DNA of 64,000 bases from Pseudomonadales bacterium (GCA_965197005.1 OZ239982.1:1456322-1520321); one strand, 5' to 3'. Numbered from the stretch's first letter, positions 30,890 to 41,937 are shown. Translations and numbers: made by a program. The notes: generated from the letters alone by a model not told the origin.

Positions 30890-32482
30890 CTATTCCCACT
30901 CAATGGTAGCAGGAGGCTTACTGGAAATATCATAGCTGACCCTTGAAACCTGAGCTATCTCGTTAATAATGCGGTTAGAGACGGTTTCTAATAATTCATA
31001 CGGCAAATGCGCCCAACGAGCAGTCATAAAATCAATGGTTTCCACCGCCCTAAGAGCAATAACCCACTCATAACGGCGTGCATCACCAACCACGCCTACT
31101 GATTTTTGCGGAATAAACACAGCAAAGGCTTGACTGGTTTTATGATACCAATCAGCCTTATGCAATTCCTCAATAAAAATGGCATCTGCACGGCGTAAAA
31201 TATCTGCATATTCTTTTTTAACCTCACCTAAAATACGCACCCCTAAACCTGGTCCTGGAAAGGGGTGGCGATATACCATATCGTAGGGTAAGCCAAGCTC
31301 CAGACCAATTTTGCGTACCTCATCTTTAAACAATTCACGCAAAGGCTCTACCAACTGCATTTGCATTTCATCTGGCAATCCCCCTACATTATGATGAGAT
31401 TTAATGGTATGTGCCTTACCCGTTGCTGCCGCTGCGGATTCAATCACATCAGGATAAATGGTTCCTTGCGCTAGAAAAGGCACATCTTGTAACTGACTTG
31501 CCTGCTTATCAAACACTTCAATAAAGGTATTGCCGATACACTTACGTTTACTTTCTGGGTCACTAACTCCTTTTAGCTTATCTAAAAATAATGTTTGTTC
31601 ATTGGCACGAATGACCTTAACACCCATATTCTCAGCAAAGGTTTGCATGACCATATCGCCTTCATTTTCACGCAGTAGCCCATTATCCACGAACACACAG
31701 GTGAGTTTATCGCCAATTGCTTTATGCAATAAAGCGGCAACAACTGAAGAATCCACTCCACCAGACAACCCTAGCAACACCTTGTTATCACCCACTTGCT
31801 CACGCACTCTAGCAATTTGATTATCAATAATTTTGGCCGCTGTCCACAAGCACTCACAGGCACAAATATCTACCACAAAATGCGTTAAAATGCGTAACCC
31901 TTGCAAGGTATGCGTTACCTCAGGGTGAAACTGCAATCCATAAAATGGCTTAGTACAGTGCTGCATCGCTGCGATTGGACAATTGTCCGTTGCTGCAATA
32001 ACTTCAAAACCATTAGGTAACTGGCTAACCTTATCCCCATGACTCATCCATACATCTAACTGCGCCTGTCCTGTTTTGCTATCTAAATGATCTTTAATAT
32101 CCGCAAACAAAGGTGAGTCTGTTAGTAAATTAATCCGTGCAAAACCAAACTCATGCACATCAGACCCACTAACGCTGCCACCTAATTGAGCCGCCATCGT
32201 TTGCATACCATAACAAATTCCCAAAATAGGCACGCCCAATGTAAAGATGCCTTCAGGTGCACGAGGAGAGCCTGCTTGTGTAACTGATTCTGGGCTGCCT
32301 GCTAAAATAATTCCCTTTGGTTGATACGCAACAATATCCTGTATGCTCATATCAAAAGCACGAATCTCACAAAACACACCAATTTCACGCACTCGTCGTG
32401 CAATTAATTGCGTATATTGCGAACCAAAATCTAAAATTAAAATGCGTTGGGCGTGAATATCCCCTAAAGCTGAAACCGACAT
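30890..32482 (-). CDS. guaA: GMP synthase (glutamine-hydrolysing)
   Basis: 530 aa with a GATase region (GICYGMQ), a PP-loop (LSGGVDSSV) and a C-terminal PPATIEWE. Confidence 0.95.
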   Translation of the reverse strand: MSVSALGDIHAQRILILDFGSQYTQLIARRVREIGVFCEIRAFDMSIQDIVAYQPKGIILAGSPESVTQAGSPRAPEGIFTLGVPILGICYGMQTMAAQLGGSVSGSDVHEFGFARINLLTDSPLFADIKDHLDSKTGQAQLDVWMSHGDKVSQLPNGFEVIAATDNCPIAAMQHCTKPFYGLQFHPEVTHTLQGLRILTHFVVDICACECLWTAAKIIDNQIARVREQVGDNKVLLGLSGGVDSSVVAALLHKAIGDKLTCVFVDNGLLRENEGDMVMQTFAENMGVKVIRANEQTLFLDKLKGVSDPESKRKCIGNTFIEVFDKQASQLQDVPFLAQGTIYPDVIESAAAATGKAHTIKSHHNVGGLPDEMQMQLVEPLRELFKDEVRKIGLELGLPYDMVYRHPFPGPGLGVRILGEVKKEYADILRRADAIFIEELHKADWYHKTSQAFAVFIPQKSVGVVGDARRYEWVIALRAVETIDFMTARWAHLPYELLETVSNRIINEIAQVSRVSYDISSKPPATIEWE

Positions 32483-32956
32483 AAAAGACCTATAGGCAAA
32501 ACAACCATTATAGGCACTTAACCTGTGATTAAAAACCCATACAATCTATTTATTCTGACTTTTATAGAGAATAAATTCTCCTAAGCAACAGACTTAAAAC
32601 AAAACAGCTAATCGTAGTAGAAAATGGTCGCTCATTTGTTGACTGGCATCTATTTAATTTGCCCAAAATAATAAAACATGCCGTATTTGTTTATCGTGGA
32701 CATGGCAGCAATAACAAACAAGTTAAACAGCTAATACAAAGCCTACCTGAGCATATAGGAATACAGCAAAACAAAATTGCTCAAGGCTATCAAAAATTTA
32801 AAGGGGAGCTATATAAACAATATAAATTTATTAACCAAAAGCATATTGCAATTACCCAAGAAGCCATGGGACAACACAACATAAGACTTAAATTAGAAAA
32901 AATAACTCAATAAAAACCAATTATGACGGCTAAATTTGTGTCTATTAAAATTATTT

Positions 32957-35749
32957 CTAAAATTGCCCAATAATCTGCATATAATACTGGGTTTTACCTA
33001 AATGCGTATCTAACCCTTGGGCAATCCCAAATCCAATTGGCAAGGTAAAGTTATAACCCAGTTTTAATTGCACATTTAAACTGCCCCCAATACCTGTTAA
33101 CCACTGAGGTCTATTATCACTCCAAGCTGAGCCTGTATTAACATATAAGCGACTGTAAATATCGCCCAACCCAATAGGATATAACTGCCAGTTTTGGTTA
33201 ATTTCTGCTAATACTGAATTGATACTTAACTCGCCTTTGCCATAATACGCACCTGCTTGTACGCGTTTTTCATAGCCTGCAAGACTGGCACCTTCTCGTA
33301 AAAACACATTGGTTAAGGTGCTACTTTGCCCGCCTAAAGCAAAACGTGCGGTTTTGATACTGCTATAACCTGCTTGCAATTTAACTGTTATTTGATTGCT
33401 TTTAGGTAAATCAAAGGAATAGGAAAACAGGCTTTGATACTGCTCTGCATCTGCATCGCTATTTAATAAATCATAATTTTGCACCACAAAATCCCAATAT
33501 AAGCCACGCCCTATATAAGGCAATAAAGCATAGTATTCTTGGTTTTTAAATACTGCCGCCAAACCGACTAAGTTTTTTTGATAATAGGATTTAACTCCAC
33601 GCTGAAAGTATTTTAATTCTTTTATTTTTGAGGTCTCAGAGCTAACACCTAACCTAAACTCTAGTTTATCTGCAAATAAATCTAGCAGATGATGCCTTGC
33701 CAATAGCCAACTGCGCTTTTCAATTGCGGTGTGGGTTTTATTACCACTTTGTAGAGATTTAGGCAAAGAGATAAGCTGATGACTCTGTAAAAAAATACCT
33801 TGCCATCGATTATCATACAAATAAGACAATGACCCTGAATGTAGCTTATTTTTAACATCATAGGCATAACTTAGACTGTAATTATGTTGCCCTAGTGGAT
33901 CACTACCGCTAACGGATAACCCAAATTGATTCACTTCCTCGGTTTGTTTGAATGTAGGCCACCATGCCTGAGGTAAAACCCAAGGTAAGGGCGAATAATC
34001 TGTTGGCGCAGACTTTTCCGTAGGCACTACCTTTGCTGAGGGCATGTTTTTTTCACTTATCAACTCACTGATATATTGCTGACGGTACGCTTTAGGCTCT
34101 GCAATTTGTTTAATTTGATAGTTTTGCCTTTGATAACTTTGATACACCAGACCAAGCTCAAAACTGTATGCAGGGTTAAACGCCCCACCTGCTTCATTAC
34201 TTTGCTGTATCAGTTTGCCCGTTATAAGGTTAAGCTGATAAATTTGATAAGCACCTGTGTAATCGGCACTAAAAAGAAGATGCTCGGCATCTTGAAAATA
34301 GGGCGTATTTTCTGTCCATCGCGTTTGCGTGATGGGCGTGATTTTTTTAGTATCAAACTGCAAACGATACAAATTCCAACCTTTACCCTGCGTATTTAAG
34401 CTCATCACTAAGCTGCTTTTATCAGGGGCAAGCGTAAAGCTGCCAATCACTTGTTCAGACGTGCCTTGCCAGAGGAGAGCACGCTTGTTAGGTGTTGCTA
34501 TTTGGTATTGCCAAATCTGGCTAATGCCCTTGCGCTTGGTGCTAAAAATCAGACTTGTTTGCCGCTTAAACCAAGCAACTTGATAAACCCGCTGTTTATG
34601 GGTTAAACGCTGCCAAGCTGTTCCTTTTAGCAGATAAATATCATTAAATACTTCGCCAGTCGGGTAAACATGACGTTTGACCCCTGCAATCTTGCCCTGC
34701 TCACTAATCGCAAAGTCTGTCAGTTGATATGCCATTGCAAGGGTTTGCGTTTGTGTGGGCTGTATCACTTTTAATTTGGGTTGGTCAAATCCATTATTTT
34801 GACTTAAATAAATACGCTCTTGTTGTAAGCCAAAGCGCATAGGGCGGCTATTTTTTTCCAAACTAAGCCGTTGTGTATCTTCTTCCTGCTGGGCGTTGCT
34901 AAAGCGTTGTTTAAGCCATGTTTGGTACTCAGACCAAAGTATATCTAGGTCTTTATGGTAAATACGACGAAATTCAAAATGAATAAAAAAATAAGGAATG
35001 ACATTACTTGCATAGGCTTGTATTAAAGCAGACAGCTTATCCTCTCCATAGGTTTGCGCTAAAAACTGAATAAAATACGCCCCATACAAATACACCTCGC
35101 TATGGCTTAAATGGGGATTAGGTACAACCACTTGATTTAATTCAAGTAATTTACCCGTTGCCACTTGCTGGCGCATCAACATCTCATAATAACTGCCCGC
35201 CAAACGCCCTGAACCTTCTGCTAAGGTCTCCATATACACCGCCAACCCTTCTATCAAAGTTGATGGCAACAGTGCGTGAGGAAAGAAAAAAGCCTGTCGT
35301 CCAAATAAATGTTGAAAAAAATCAGGTGCGCCTTTGGCTAAGTTCATCTGCAATATATGCGTATATTCATGGCGAATAAGCAAATATAGCCATGCAGAGT
35401 AATTTTCTAGCCCATCAATCGCACTAGGCGGACTGGCAATTAGCCTAATTTGAGCAAAGGGAACAGGACTTGCCCAACCGTTGGAATAATCAAAATCATC
35501 AACCAAAGTCATTTGTGTTTTACGCTTGGGTTCGTAAGCAAAAAGCGGGGTTAATTCTTGGTGCACTTTTTCAGCAACATCTAAGGCATATTCTGCACTA
35601 GCTTGCAGCTCTTTGGGATAATGAATATCAAAATGTGCAGAAGAAAGCGTCTGCCAAGTACCGCCCCATGCAACAGGCTCGCCTTGCACACTAAAACTCA
35701 ACAGCAGCATAACCGCTATCAGCGTATACCTCTTAAAGCCCATTACCAA
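32957..35749 (-). CDS. Secreted multidomain protein: HExxH metalloprotease-like N-domain, TolB/PD40-like propeller region and a C-terminal beta-barrel-like region
   Basis: 930 aa with a signal peptide and an HEYTH motif (LIRHEYTHILQM). The middle has PD40-like strings (FSADYTGAYQIYQLNL). The C-terminal third has alternating amphipathic strands and ends in ...IIGQF, the terminal Phe typical of outer-membrane proteins. Confidence 0.6.
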   Translation of the reverse strand: MVMGFKRYTLIAVMLLLSFSVQGEPVAWGGTWQTLSSAHFDIHYPKELQASAEYALDVAEKVHQELTPLFAYEPKRKTQMTLVDDFDYSNGWASPVPFAQIRLIASPPSAIDGLENYSAWLYLLIRHEYTHILQMNLAKGAPDFFQHLFGRQAFFFPHALLPSTLIEGLAVYMETLAEGSGRLAGSYYEMLMRQQVATGKLLELNQVVVPNPHLSHSEVYLYGAYFIQFLAQTYGEDKLSALIQAYASNVIPYFFIHFEFRRIYHKDLDILWSEYQTWLKQRFSNAQQEEDTQRLSLEKNSRPMRFGLQQERIYLSQNNGFDQPKLKVIQPTQTQTLAMAYQLTDFAISEQGKIAGVKRHVYPTGEVFNDIYLLKGTAWQRLTHKQRVYQVAWFKRQTSLIFSTKRKGISQIWQYQIATPNKRALLWQGTSEQVIGSFTLAPDKSSLVMSLNTQGKGWNLYRLQFDTKKITPITQTRWTENTPYFQDAEHLLFSADYTGAYQIYQLNLITGKLIQQSNEAGGAFNPAYSFELGLVYQSYQRQNYQIKQIAEPKAYRQQYISELISEKNMPSAKVVPTEKSAPTDYSPLPWVLPQAWWPTFKQTEEVNQFGLSVSGSDPLGQHNYSLSYAYDVKNKLHSGSLSYLYDNRWQGIFLQSHQLISLPKSLQSGNKTHTAIEKRSWLLARHHLLDLFADKLEFRLGVSSETSKIKELKYFQRGVKSYYQKNLVGLAAVFKNQEYYALLPYIGRGLYWDFVVQNYDLLNSDADAEQYQSLFSYSFDLPKSNQITVKLQAGYSSIKTARFALGGQSSTLTNVFLREGASLAGYEKRVQAGAYYGKGELSINSVLAEINQNWQLYPIGLGDIYSRLYVNTGSAWSDNRPQWLTGIGGSLNVQLKLGYNFTLPIGFGIAQGLDTHLGKTQYYMQIIGQF

Positions 35750-36519
35750 TTATCTCTTAGTCCGCGTAAATGAATAAACAGCTCTTTTTCACTATTAAAT
35801 TGTGCTAACTGTGGCAGTTTGCTTAGACGTAAAAAAACATTATGGCGGCACTCTTGTTGCAGGCTAAAGACAGGCATATCATCGCTTGACGTATTGGCAA
35901 GCTGCTGTTTAAGGTCTCTTGCCGCTTGATTATCCGCTTCAATACTCAGCGTAAAGCCCAAGTTACTCAGCAAATAATCATGTCCACAAAAAATTAAAGT
36001 ATCTTCTGCTAATTGGGCTATTTTCTCACTGACACTGTGGTATAAAAACTGTACATCACCGCCAAAATGACAATTTCCCACACCTGCGTTCATCAGCGTA
36101 TCGCCACTAAAAAACAGGGGGGCTTTATGCTGTTGATACTGCCCTTCTGCTGTCCACAAACCAATATGCGCCAGCGTATGACCTGGAATATACAAAACCT
36201 TAAATTCAAGCCCTGCAACCTCAATATGCTCGCCATCATTAATCAACACATCACAGTGTTTCAGTTTGCTTGCGGTATTTGGGTGTGCATACACTTTTGC
36301 CCCTGTTAACTTAACTAACTGATTATTACCGCCTATATGATCTGGGTGCTCATGGGTATTGATAATATGGGTAATACTTAGCCCAAGCTCATCGGCTTTT
36401 TGCTTAACCTGCTGTGCATCTAATGGGTCTAAAGCAATGGCGTGCTTTGTGTTAGGGTTTTCGATTAAATAATTGTAGTTACGCAGTGGGTTGTGCATAA
36501 AAAAACGATGAACTCGCAT
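35743..36519 (-). CDS. gloB: Hydroxyacylglutathione hydrolase-like metallo-beta-lactamase fold protein
   Basis: 258 aa with THEHPDHIGG, CGHDY and C-terminal LRGLRDNW motifs. Confidence 0.7.
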   Translation of the reverse strand: MRVHRFFMHNPLRNYNYLIENPNTKHAIALDPLDAQQVKQKADELGLSITHIINTHEHPDHIGGNNQLVKLTGAKVYAHPNTASKLKHCDVLINDGEHIEVAGLEFKVLYIPGHTLAHIGLWTAEGQYQQHKAPLFFSGDTLMNAGVGNCHFGGDVQFLYHSVSEKIAQLAEDTLIFCGHDYLLSNLGFTLSIEADNQAARDLKQQLANTSSDDMPVFSLQQECRHNVFLRLSKLPQLAQFNSEKELFIHLRGLRDNW

Positions 36520-36537
36520 TACAACGCTCCTAAATAA

Positions 36538-36951
36538 TTAAAATGACGCATTAAGCAATAACTCTTGCAGCTCTTTAAGGCGGCTTTTAAGAGCCAATTC
36601 ATTATAAACCTGTGCCTCGCCCTGCCCCCAAATTGGCAGGGGCCAAAGCGCATCATCATAAAAGCGTGCTACATGATGAATATGTAACTGGGCAACCACA
36701 TTCCCTAAAGCAGCAATGTTCATTGAATCGGCATTAAAATGCTGTTGCATTTGCTCACTGACCCAACAGGACTCTGCCGTAAGCTGTTGCTGCTCAGAGG
36801 CACTTAGCTGGTATATTTCACTAACCAAGCTGCGCTTAGGCACTAAAATCACCCACGGAAAACGAGCCTCATTCATTAATAGTATTTGACACAAAGACAG
36901 ATGCCCTATTTCTAGCGTGTCTTTAGCTAACTGTGCATCTAAGCGAAACAT
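36538..36951 (-). CDS. HIT-family hydrolase
   Basis: 137 aa with a QLHIHHVARF histidine-triad-like motif. Confidence 0.65.
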   Translation of the reverse strand: MFRLDAQLAKDTLEIGHLSLCQILLMNEARFPWVILVPKRSLVSEIYQLSASEQQQLTAESCWVSEQMQQHFNADSMNIAALGNVVAQLHIHHVARFYDDALWPLPIWGQGEAQVYNELALKSRLKELQELLLNASF

Positions 36952-37125
36952 AACAGCCTCTTGATATAAAACTAACAGTATTGCCTAACAGCCATAAAAA
37001 TCAATAGCCGATTTAAAAACACACCGCTGCAAACCCAGTCTGCTGTATGTATTTACTAATCCATTAGTGTAGTGGCTTTTGCAGCTAATAAAACAGCCAA
37101 AGATTTTATTCTTTTTTACTGACTT

Positions 37126-38166
37126 TTAGCTATCCGGAACAAGTATGACTTTGCCTTTATTTTTACGCTCTTCAATATATTGATGAGCGTCCCCTGCTTG
37201 ACTAAAGCGAAAGGTTTTATCTACATGTGGACGCACCCAGCCTGCGGTTACGCCTTGAAGTATAAAGTCAGTCCAGCGTCTGATTTTTGGTGTTTCATGC
37301 CATAAACGCCCCATGTTTACACCAAATACAACTTTGTTTTGGTGCATTAAATTAATGGGGTGAAAAAAAGGCATACTTAATGCTGTTTTAAGCAATTTAA
37401 ATTTACCACTAATGCCATTTGCTGATGCCTCTGATACACCAAACATGCCTAAGCGTCCAGTGGCTCTTAATGCACGGTAACTGCTACGCCAGCTAGAGCC
37501 GCCAAGAGGATCAGTAATTAATTCAACCCCTTTATGATTGGTTATCTGCATCACTTCAGCAAACCAATCTTGCTGACGATAATCAATGGCATAGTCCAAA
37601 CCACGATTTTGTAAAAATTCGTGCTTACTCGCACTTGCTGTACCAATACTTGTAGCACCAATATGCTTGGCAATATCTAATAAAGCAAGACCCACACCAC
37701 CACCAGCATTGTGAATAAGAATGTGGTCTTCTGCTTGCAAATTACCTAATGCAACGGCAAGCTCATAAGCGGTTAAATAGGCAACAGGAATACTTGCTGC
37801 CTCACTGTAGCTGAGTTTTTCATCATATAGAAATACCTGTTCAATAGGTACGTTAATAGCGCTGGCATAACCACCAAATCGAGTAAATGCTAAGACGTTC
37901 TTATTGAGCCAGCTTTCAGGTATGTCTTTACCTAAGGCAACGACCTTGCCTGCAACTTCATAGCCGATAACAGCAGGCATAGGCGGTGCATCTTGATACA
38001 GACCTTGGCGTGCTAAAATATCGGCAAAATTAATCCCTGCGGCTTTTACATCAATGCTAACTTCACCTGCTTGCGGTGCTTGTAGTTTATCTGTTTGCAC
38101 CTGTAATACCTCAGGGCCTCCTGCTTTGGTAATAACAATTTTATGGCGAGTAGTCATTTGACTCAT
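37126..38166 (-). CDS. Medium-chain (zinc-type) dehydrogenase / quinone oxidoreductase family
   Basis: 346 aa with a GroES-like N-domain and a Rossmann motif (IHNAGGGVG). Confidence 0.75.
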   Translation of the reverse strand: MSQMTTRHKIVITKAGGPEVLQVQTDKLQAPQAGEVSIDVKAAGINFADILARQGLYQDAPPMPAVIGYEVAGKVVALGKDIPESWLNKNVLAFTRFGGYASAINVPIEQVFLYDEKLSYSEAASIPVAYLTAYELAVALGNLQAEDHILIHNAGGGVGLALLDIAKHIGATSIGTASASKHEFLQNRGLDYAIDYRQQDWFAEVMQITNHKGVELITDPLGGSSWRSSYRALRATGRLGMFGVSEASANGISGKFKLLKTALSMPFFHPINLMHQNKVVFGVNMGRLWHETPKIRRWTDFILQGVTAGWVRPHVDKTFRFSQAGDAHQYIEERKNKGKVILVPDS

Positions 38167-38306
38167 ATATTATCCTATTAATTAATGTTTAAAAGAGCAA
38201 AAATCATAGCAAAAAATACACTTTAAATAAAAACAAACAATATACCGCCCAAAATTTACTAATAATAAAACAGCAAAAGGCAGAAAATTTAAACCTGAAC
38301 CCTAGT

Positions 38307-38418
38307 CAGGGGACAGAGGACAGAGGACAGAGGACAGAGGACAGAGGACTGAGGACTGAGGACAGAGGACTGAGGACTGAGGACTGAGGACTGAGGACTG
38401 AGGACAGAGGACTGAGGA
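38307..38418 (+). repeat. Heptanucleotide tandem array, 16 units of CWGAGGA (CAGAGGA/CTGAGGA; first unit CAGGGGA)
   Basis: Counted directly: 16 x 7 = 112 nt with no interruption. Confidence 0.95.
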
Positions 38419-38422
38419 CAGA

Positions 38423-38439
38423 ACCATGCTCCGCATGGT
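38423..38439 (+). repeat. Hairpin motif ACCATGC-TCC-GCATGGT, copy 1
   Basis: 7-bp stem with a 3-nt loop. The 28-nt string GAGGACAGAACCATGCTCCGCATGGTGC is identical to the one at 44326..44355. Confidence 0.9.
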
Positions 38440-38525
38440 GCAGGGTAAGTCTTATTTCTTTGGTTTTATATTTACGTTTTCGGCTATTTTGATCGGGCTT
38501 GGTAGTGTTTTGGCGATTACTCTAT

Positions 38526-40127
38526 TTAATCCAAATCAAACGCAGCTTTTATCAAACTTTTTGTATAGTCTGTCTTTGGTTTTTCAAATATCTGTTTGGT
38601 GTTGCCATATTCTATGAGGTTGCCACTTTTCATGACCATCACTTCGTCACTCATGGCTCTAACTACCGCTAAATCATGGCTTATAAACAGGTAGGTTAAT
38701 CCATGCTTTTTTTGTAAATCTCTAAGTAGGTTGACAACTGTTACCTGTATGGATCTATCAAGTGCTGAAGTGGGTTCATCAAGTAAAATAAATTTGGGCT
38801 TTAACACCATGGCTCTTGCTATGGCAATACGTTGCCTTTGTCCACCACTAAATTCATGGGGATAACGATTCCTTAGGTTGGGGTCAATTTCAACCTCTTC
38901 AAGAGCTTGGATTACCCTTGTTTCTCGTTCTATTTTACTAAGGTCTTTTTCATGCACTAGTAAGCCTTCAGCAATGATCTGCCCTATGGTCATACGAGGC
39001 GAAAGTGAACCAAATGGGTCTTGAAAAACAACTTGAAGTTCTCTTCTTAGAGGGCGAAGATGAATAAAATCCATGCCGTTTATTGCTTTGCCAAAAGCAT
39101 GTATCTCTCCTTTTGATTCGATGAGCCTTAATATGGCTTTCCCTAGGGTAGACTTTCCGCTTCCACTTTCACCAACAATGCCTAGCGTTTGTCCTTCCTT
39201 TATTGATAGACTTATTTTGTTAACGGCATGAAGATATTTTATGGTTTTGCCAAAAAAGTTCTTTTTTATAGGAAACTTCACGTCTATATCTTCTACCCGT
39301 AAGATGGTTTTTGCGTGCTCTCCTACAGGTTCTTTTAGTCCTTTTGGTTCAGAATCAAGCAGCATTTTTGTGTAGGGGTGTTTGGGGGATTGAAAGACTT
39401 CTTTTGTGTTTCCTTGCTCAAGTATTTCTCCATTTTTCATCACGCAAACAGCATCTGAAAAATGTTCTACAATGCCTAAATCATGGGTTATAAATAAAAT
39501 CCCCATGCCAAATTTCTTTTGTAAATCCTTTAACAGGACAAGTATTTCTGCTTGAACAGTTACATCTAATGCGGTGGTAGGTTCATCTGCTATTAAAATA
39601 TCAGGTTCATTGGCCAATGCCATAGCTATCATCACCCGTTGTCTTTGTCCTCCACTTATTTCGTAGGGGTAGGCTTTTAGTCTGGAGCGCGGATCGGGAA
39701 GTTGAACGGCATGTAATAATTTTAATACTTTGTTTCTGGCTTCTTTTTTGTTTAACTTTTTATGTAGTAGTAGCACTTCAGAGACTTGTTTCTCAATGGT
39801 TTGTAGGGGGTTTAAGCTGGTCATGGGCTCTTGAAATATGATGGCTATTTTGTTACCACGAATGTTTTGTAAAACTTTTTTCTTGGCATTGACAAGCTCT
39901 ACACCACGATAGTTTATGGAACCATTTGGGTGTGATGCCATGGGATAGGGAAGGAGTTGTAATATCGACATAGAGGCGACACTTTTTCCGCTACCACTTT
40001 CTCCAACTAAGGCAAGCGTTTGGCCTTTTTTCATCTTAAAGCTAATGTTTTTTACGGCATTAACAATGCCTGTATGTAGGTTGAAATCTACACTTAAATC
40101 TTTTACTTCCAAGATAGTTTCATTCAT
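38526..40127 (-). CDS. Peptide/nickel-type ABC transporter, fused double ATPase (YejF/DppDF-like)
   Basis: 533 aa with two Walker A motifs (GESGSGKS twice), two signature motifs (SGGQRQR twice) and two Walker B motifs. Confidence 0.9.
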   Translation of the reverse strand: MNETILEVKDLSVDFNLHTGIVNAVKNISFKMKKGQTLALVGESGSGKSVASMSILQLLPYPMASHPNGSINYRGVELVNAKKKVLQNIRGNKIAIIFQEPMTSLNPLQTIEKQVSEVLLLHKKLNKKEARNKVLKLLHAVQLPDPRSRLKAYPYEISGGQRQRVMIAMALANEPDILIADEPTTALDVTVQAEILVLLKDLQKKFGMGILFITHDLGIVEHFSDAVCVMKNGEILEQGNTKEVFQSPKHPYTKMLLDSEPKGLKEPVGEHAKTILRVEDIDVKFPIKKNFFGKTIKYLHAVNKISLSIKEGQTLGIVGESGSGKSTLGKAILRLIESKGEIHAFGKAINGMDFIHLRPLRRELQVVFQDPFGSLSPRMTIGQIIAEGLLVHEKDLSKIERETRVIQALEEVEIDPNLRNRYPHEFSGGQRQRIAIARAMVLKPKFILLDEPTSALDRSIQVTVVNLLRDLQKKHGLTYLFISHDLAVVRAMSDEVMVMKSGNLIEYGNTKQIFEKPKTDYTKSLIKAAFDLD

Positions 40128-40133
40128 CTTTCT

Positions 40134-41021
40134 CTACCTTGTCTTTGGATCAAGAGCATCTCTTAATCCATCGCCTATAAAATTTAAACAAAAAAGTGTT
40201 GTGGATAAAAATAGTGCTGGAAAAATAAGCATCCACGGGGATTGTTCCATGTTTTTTGCACCCTCGCTGATAAGCACTCCCCAACTGGTCATGGGTTCTT
40301 GAACGCCTAATCCTAAAAAGGATAAAAAGCTCTCAAGTAATATTACTTTTGGAACAGTTAGGGTTACATAGATGATAACAGTTCCTATAATGTTTGGTAT
40401 AATGTGGCGACGGACGATATTTTTCTTCCTAACACCCAATGCTCTAGCGGCTTCAATAAATTCTTTTCTTTTTAGTGAGAGGGTCTGTCCTCTTACTATT
40501 CTTGCCATATCAAGCCATTCTACTGCTCCTATGGCAACAAAAATAAGATAAATGCTTCTACCAAATACAACCATCATTAAAACGACTAAAAACATAAAGG
40601 GAAGTGAATATAAAATATCAACAATTCTCATCATAATATTATCCACCCGTCCGCCTATAAAACCTGATATAGAACCATAGGTTATACCGATTATCATGCT
40701 TACTCCTGTGGCAACTAAGGCAACAGAAAGCGATACTTGCCCACCATAGAGTATGCGTACAAGTAAGTCTCTACCATTTCCGTCTGTGCCAAATATGTGT
40801 AAGCCTTCCTTTGTTGGAGGGGACGCTATAAAGTCCCAAAATACTTCATCTAATTCTGAAGGCAAAAAATAGGGCGCAAAAAATGAGGCTAAGGTTATGA
40901 TGATCAGTATGATAAGGCTTATCATGGTTGCTTTGTTTGAAATCAATCTTCTAAGTGCGTCTTTAAAAAGACTGCTTCCCTTTATGGAGGTTTTTGTGTG
41001 CATTTTGTTTTCCCTAATCAT
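40134..41021 (-). CDS. ABC transporter permease (DppC/OppC/YejE-like)
   Basis: 295 aa with 6 TM segments and a BPD-transporter EAA-like loop (IEAARALGVRKKNIVRRHIIPN). Confidence 0.85.
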   Translation of the reverse strand: MIRENKMHTKTSIKGSSLFKDALRRLISNKATMISLIILIIITLASFFAPYFLPSELDEVFWDFIASPPTKEGLHIFGTDGNGRDLLVRILYGGQVSLSVALVATGVSMIIGITYGSISGFIGGRVDNIMMRIVDILYSLPFMFLVVLMMVVFGRSIYLIFVAIGAVEWLDMARIVRGQTLSLKRKEFIEAARALGVRKKNIVRRHIIPNIIGTVIIYVTLTVPKVILLESFLSFLGLGVQEPMTSWGVLISEGAKNMEQSPWMLIFPALFLSTTLFCLNFIGDGLRDALDPKTR

Positions 41022-41937
41022 ATCTTATTTGTGGATCTAATAGGCTGTAGAGCGTATCGACTATGAGATTAAATGTTATGATTATAAGCCCGTAAAAAAC
41101 AACCGTACCCATAACTAAGGTGTAATCTCTATTTAAAGCACCTTGTACAAAATATCTTCCAAGTCCTGGAAGACCGTAAATCTGTTCAATGACTACCGAG
41201 CCTGTTATCACCGCCGCCGTTGCTGGCCCTAAATATGAAACAACGGGCAAAAGTGCAGATTTTAAAGCATGTCTTATAACTATTTTTCTTTCGCTTAAAC
41301 CCTTAGCCCTTGCAGTTCTTATAAATTGCATTCCTAGCACTTCAACCATGCTTCCTCTGGTTAGCCTTGCGATATAAGCAATTTGTGGTAGGGCTAAAGA
41401 GAGAACTGGCAGTATGAGATTTTGTATTGCACCGTCGTTCCAGCCTCCAACTGGCAAAAGTTTTAGATAAACACCGATAACAAGGGTCATAATAGGTGCT
41501 AAAACAAAATTGGGTATAGCAATTCCTAGCATGCTCGTTCCCATTAAAAGGTAGTCAAGTTTACTGTTTTGTTTTATAGCGGCTATGCTGCCTAAGCTGA
41601 CACCTATAACAAGTGCAAGAAAGATAGCCAGCACGCCCAATTCTAAACTAACAGGAAATCCAGTTGCTATAAGTTCAGTAACGGTAAAATCTATGTATTT
41701 AAAAGAGGGACCAAAATCTCCTTGAAGGACATTTCCTAAATAGTCAATGTATTGATTTACAAGAGGCTTATCTAGGTTGTAGGCTTTTTTTAGGTTTGCT
41801 TCAATTTCAGGGGGTAAAGAGCGTTCTCCAGTAAAAGGTCCACCAGGAGCTAATCTCATCATAAAAAATGAGATGGTGATGATGATAAGCATCGTTGGGA
41901 TAGCTTGAATGATCCTCTTTAGTATATATTTAAACAT
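41014..41937 (-). CDS. ABC transporter permease (DppB/OppB/YejB-like)
   Basis: 307 aa with N-terminal MFKYILKRIIQAIPTMLIIITISFFMMRLAPGGPF and the loop IRTARAKGLSERKIVIRHALK. Confidence 0.85.
   Translation of the reverse strand: MFKYILKRIIQAIPTMLIIITISFFMMRLAPGGPFTGERSLPPEIEANLKKAYNLDKPLVNQYIDYLGNVLQGDFGPSFKYIDFTVTELIATGFPVSLELGVLAIFLALVIGVSLGSIAAIKQNSKLDYLLMGTSMLGIAIPNFVLAPIMTLVIGVYLKLLPVGGWNDGAIQNLILPVLSLALPQIAYIARLTRGSMVEVLGMQFIRTARAKGLSERKIVIRHALKSALLPVVSYLGPATAAVITGSVVIEQIYGLPGLGRYFVQGALNRDYTLVMGTVVFYGLIIITFNLIVDTLYSLLDPQIRYD

Noticed and set aside
32659-32913. 84-aa ORF in the guaA-upstream intergenic region
   Set aside because: It has only a TTG start, no clear RBS and no recognisable family, so I did not list it as a feature. 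It might still be a real small gene, because the 470-bp gap is otherwise unexplained.
38426-38617. 63-aa plus-strand ORF starting in the hairpin motif
   Set aside because: It starts at the ATG inside ACCATGC, overlaps the 3' end of the ABC ATPase gene on the opposite strand, and has no RBS or family resemblance.
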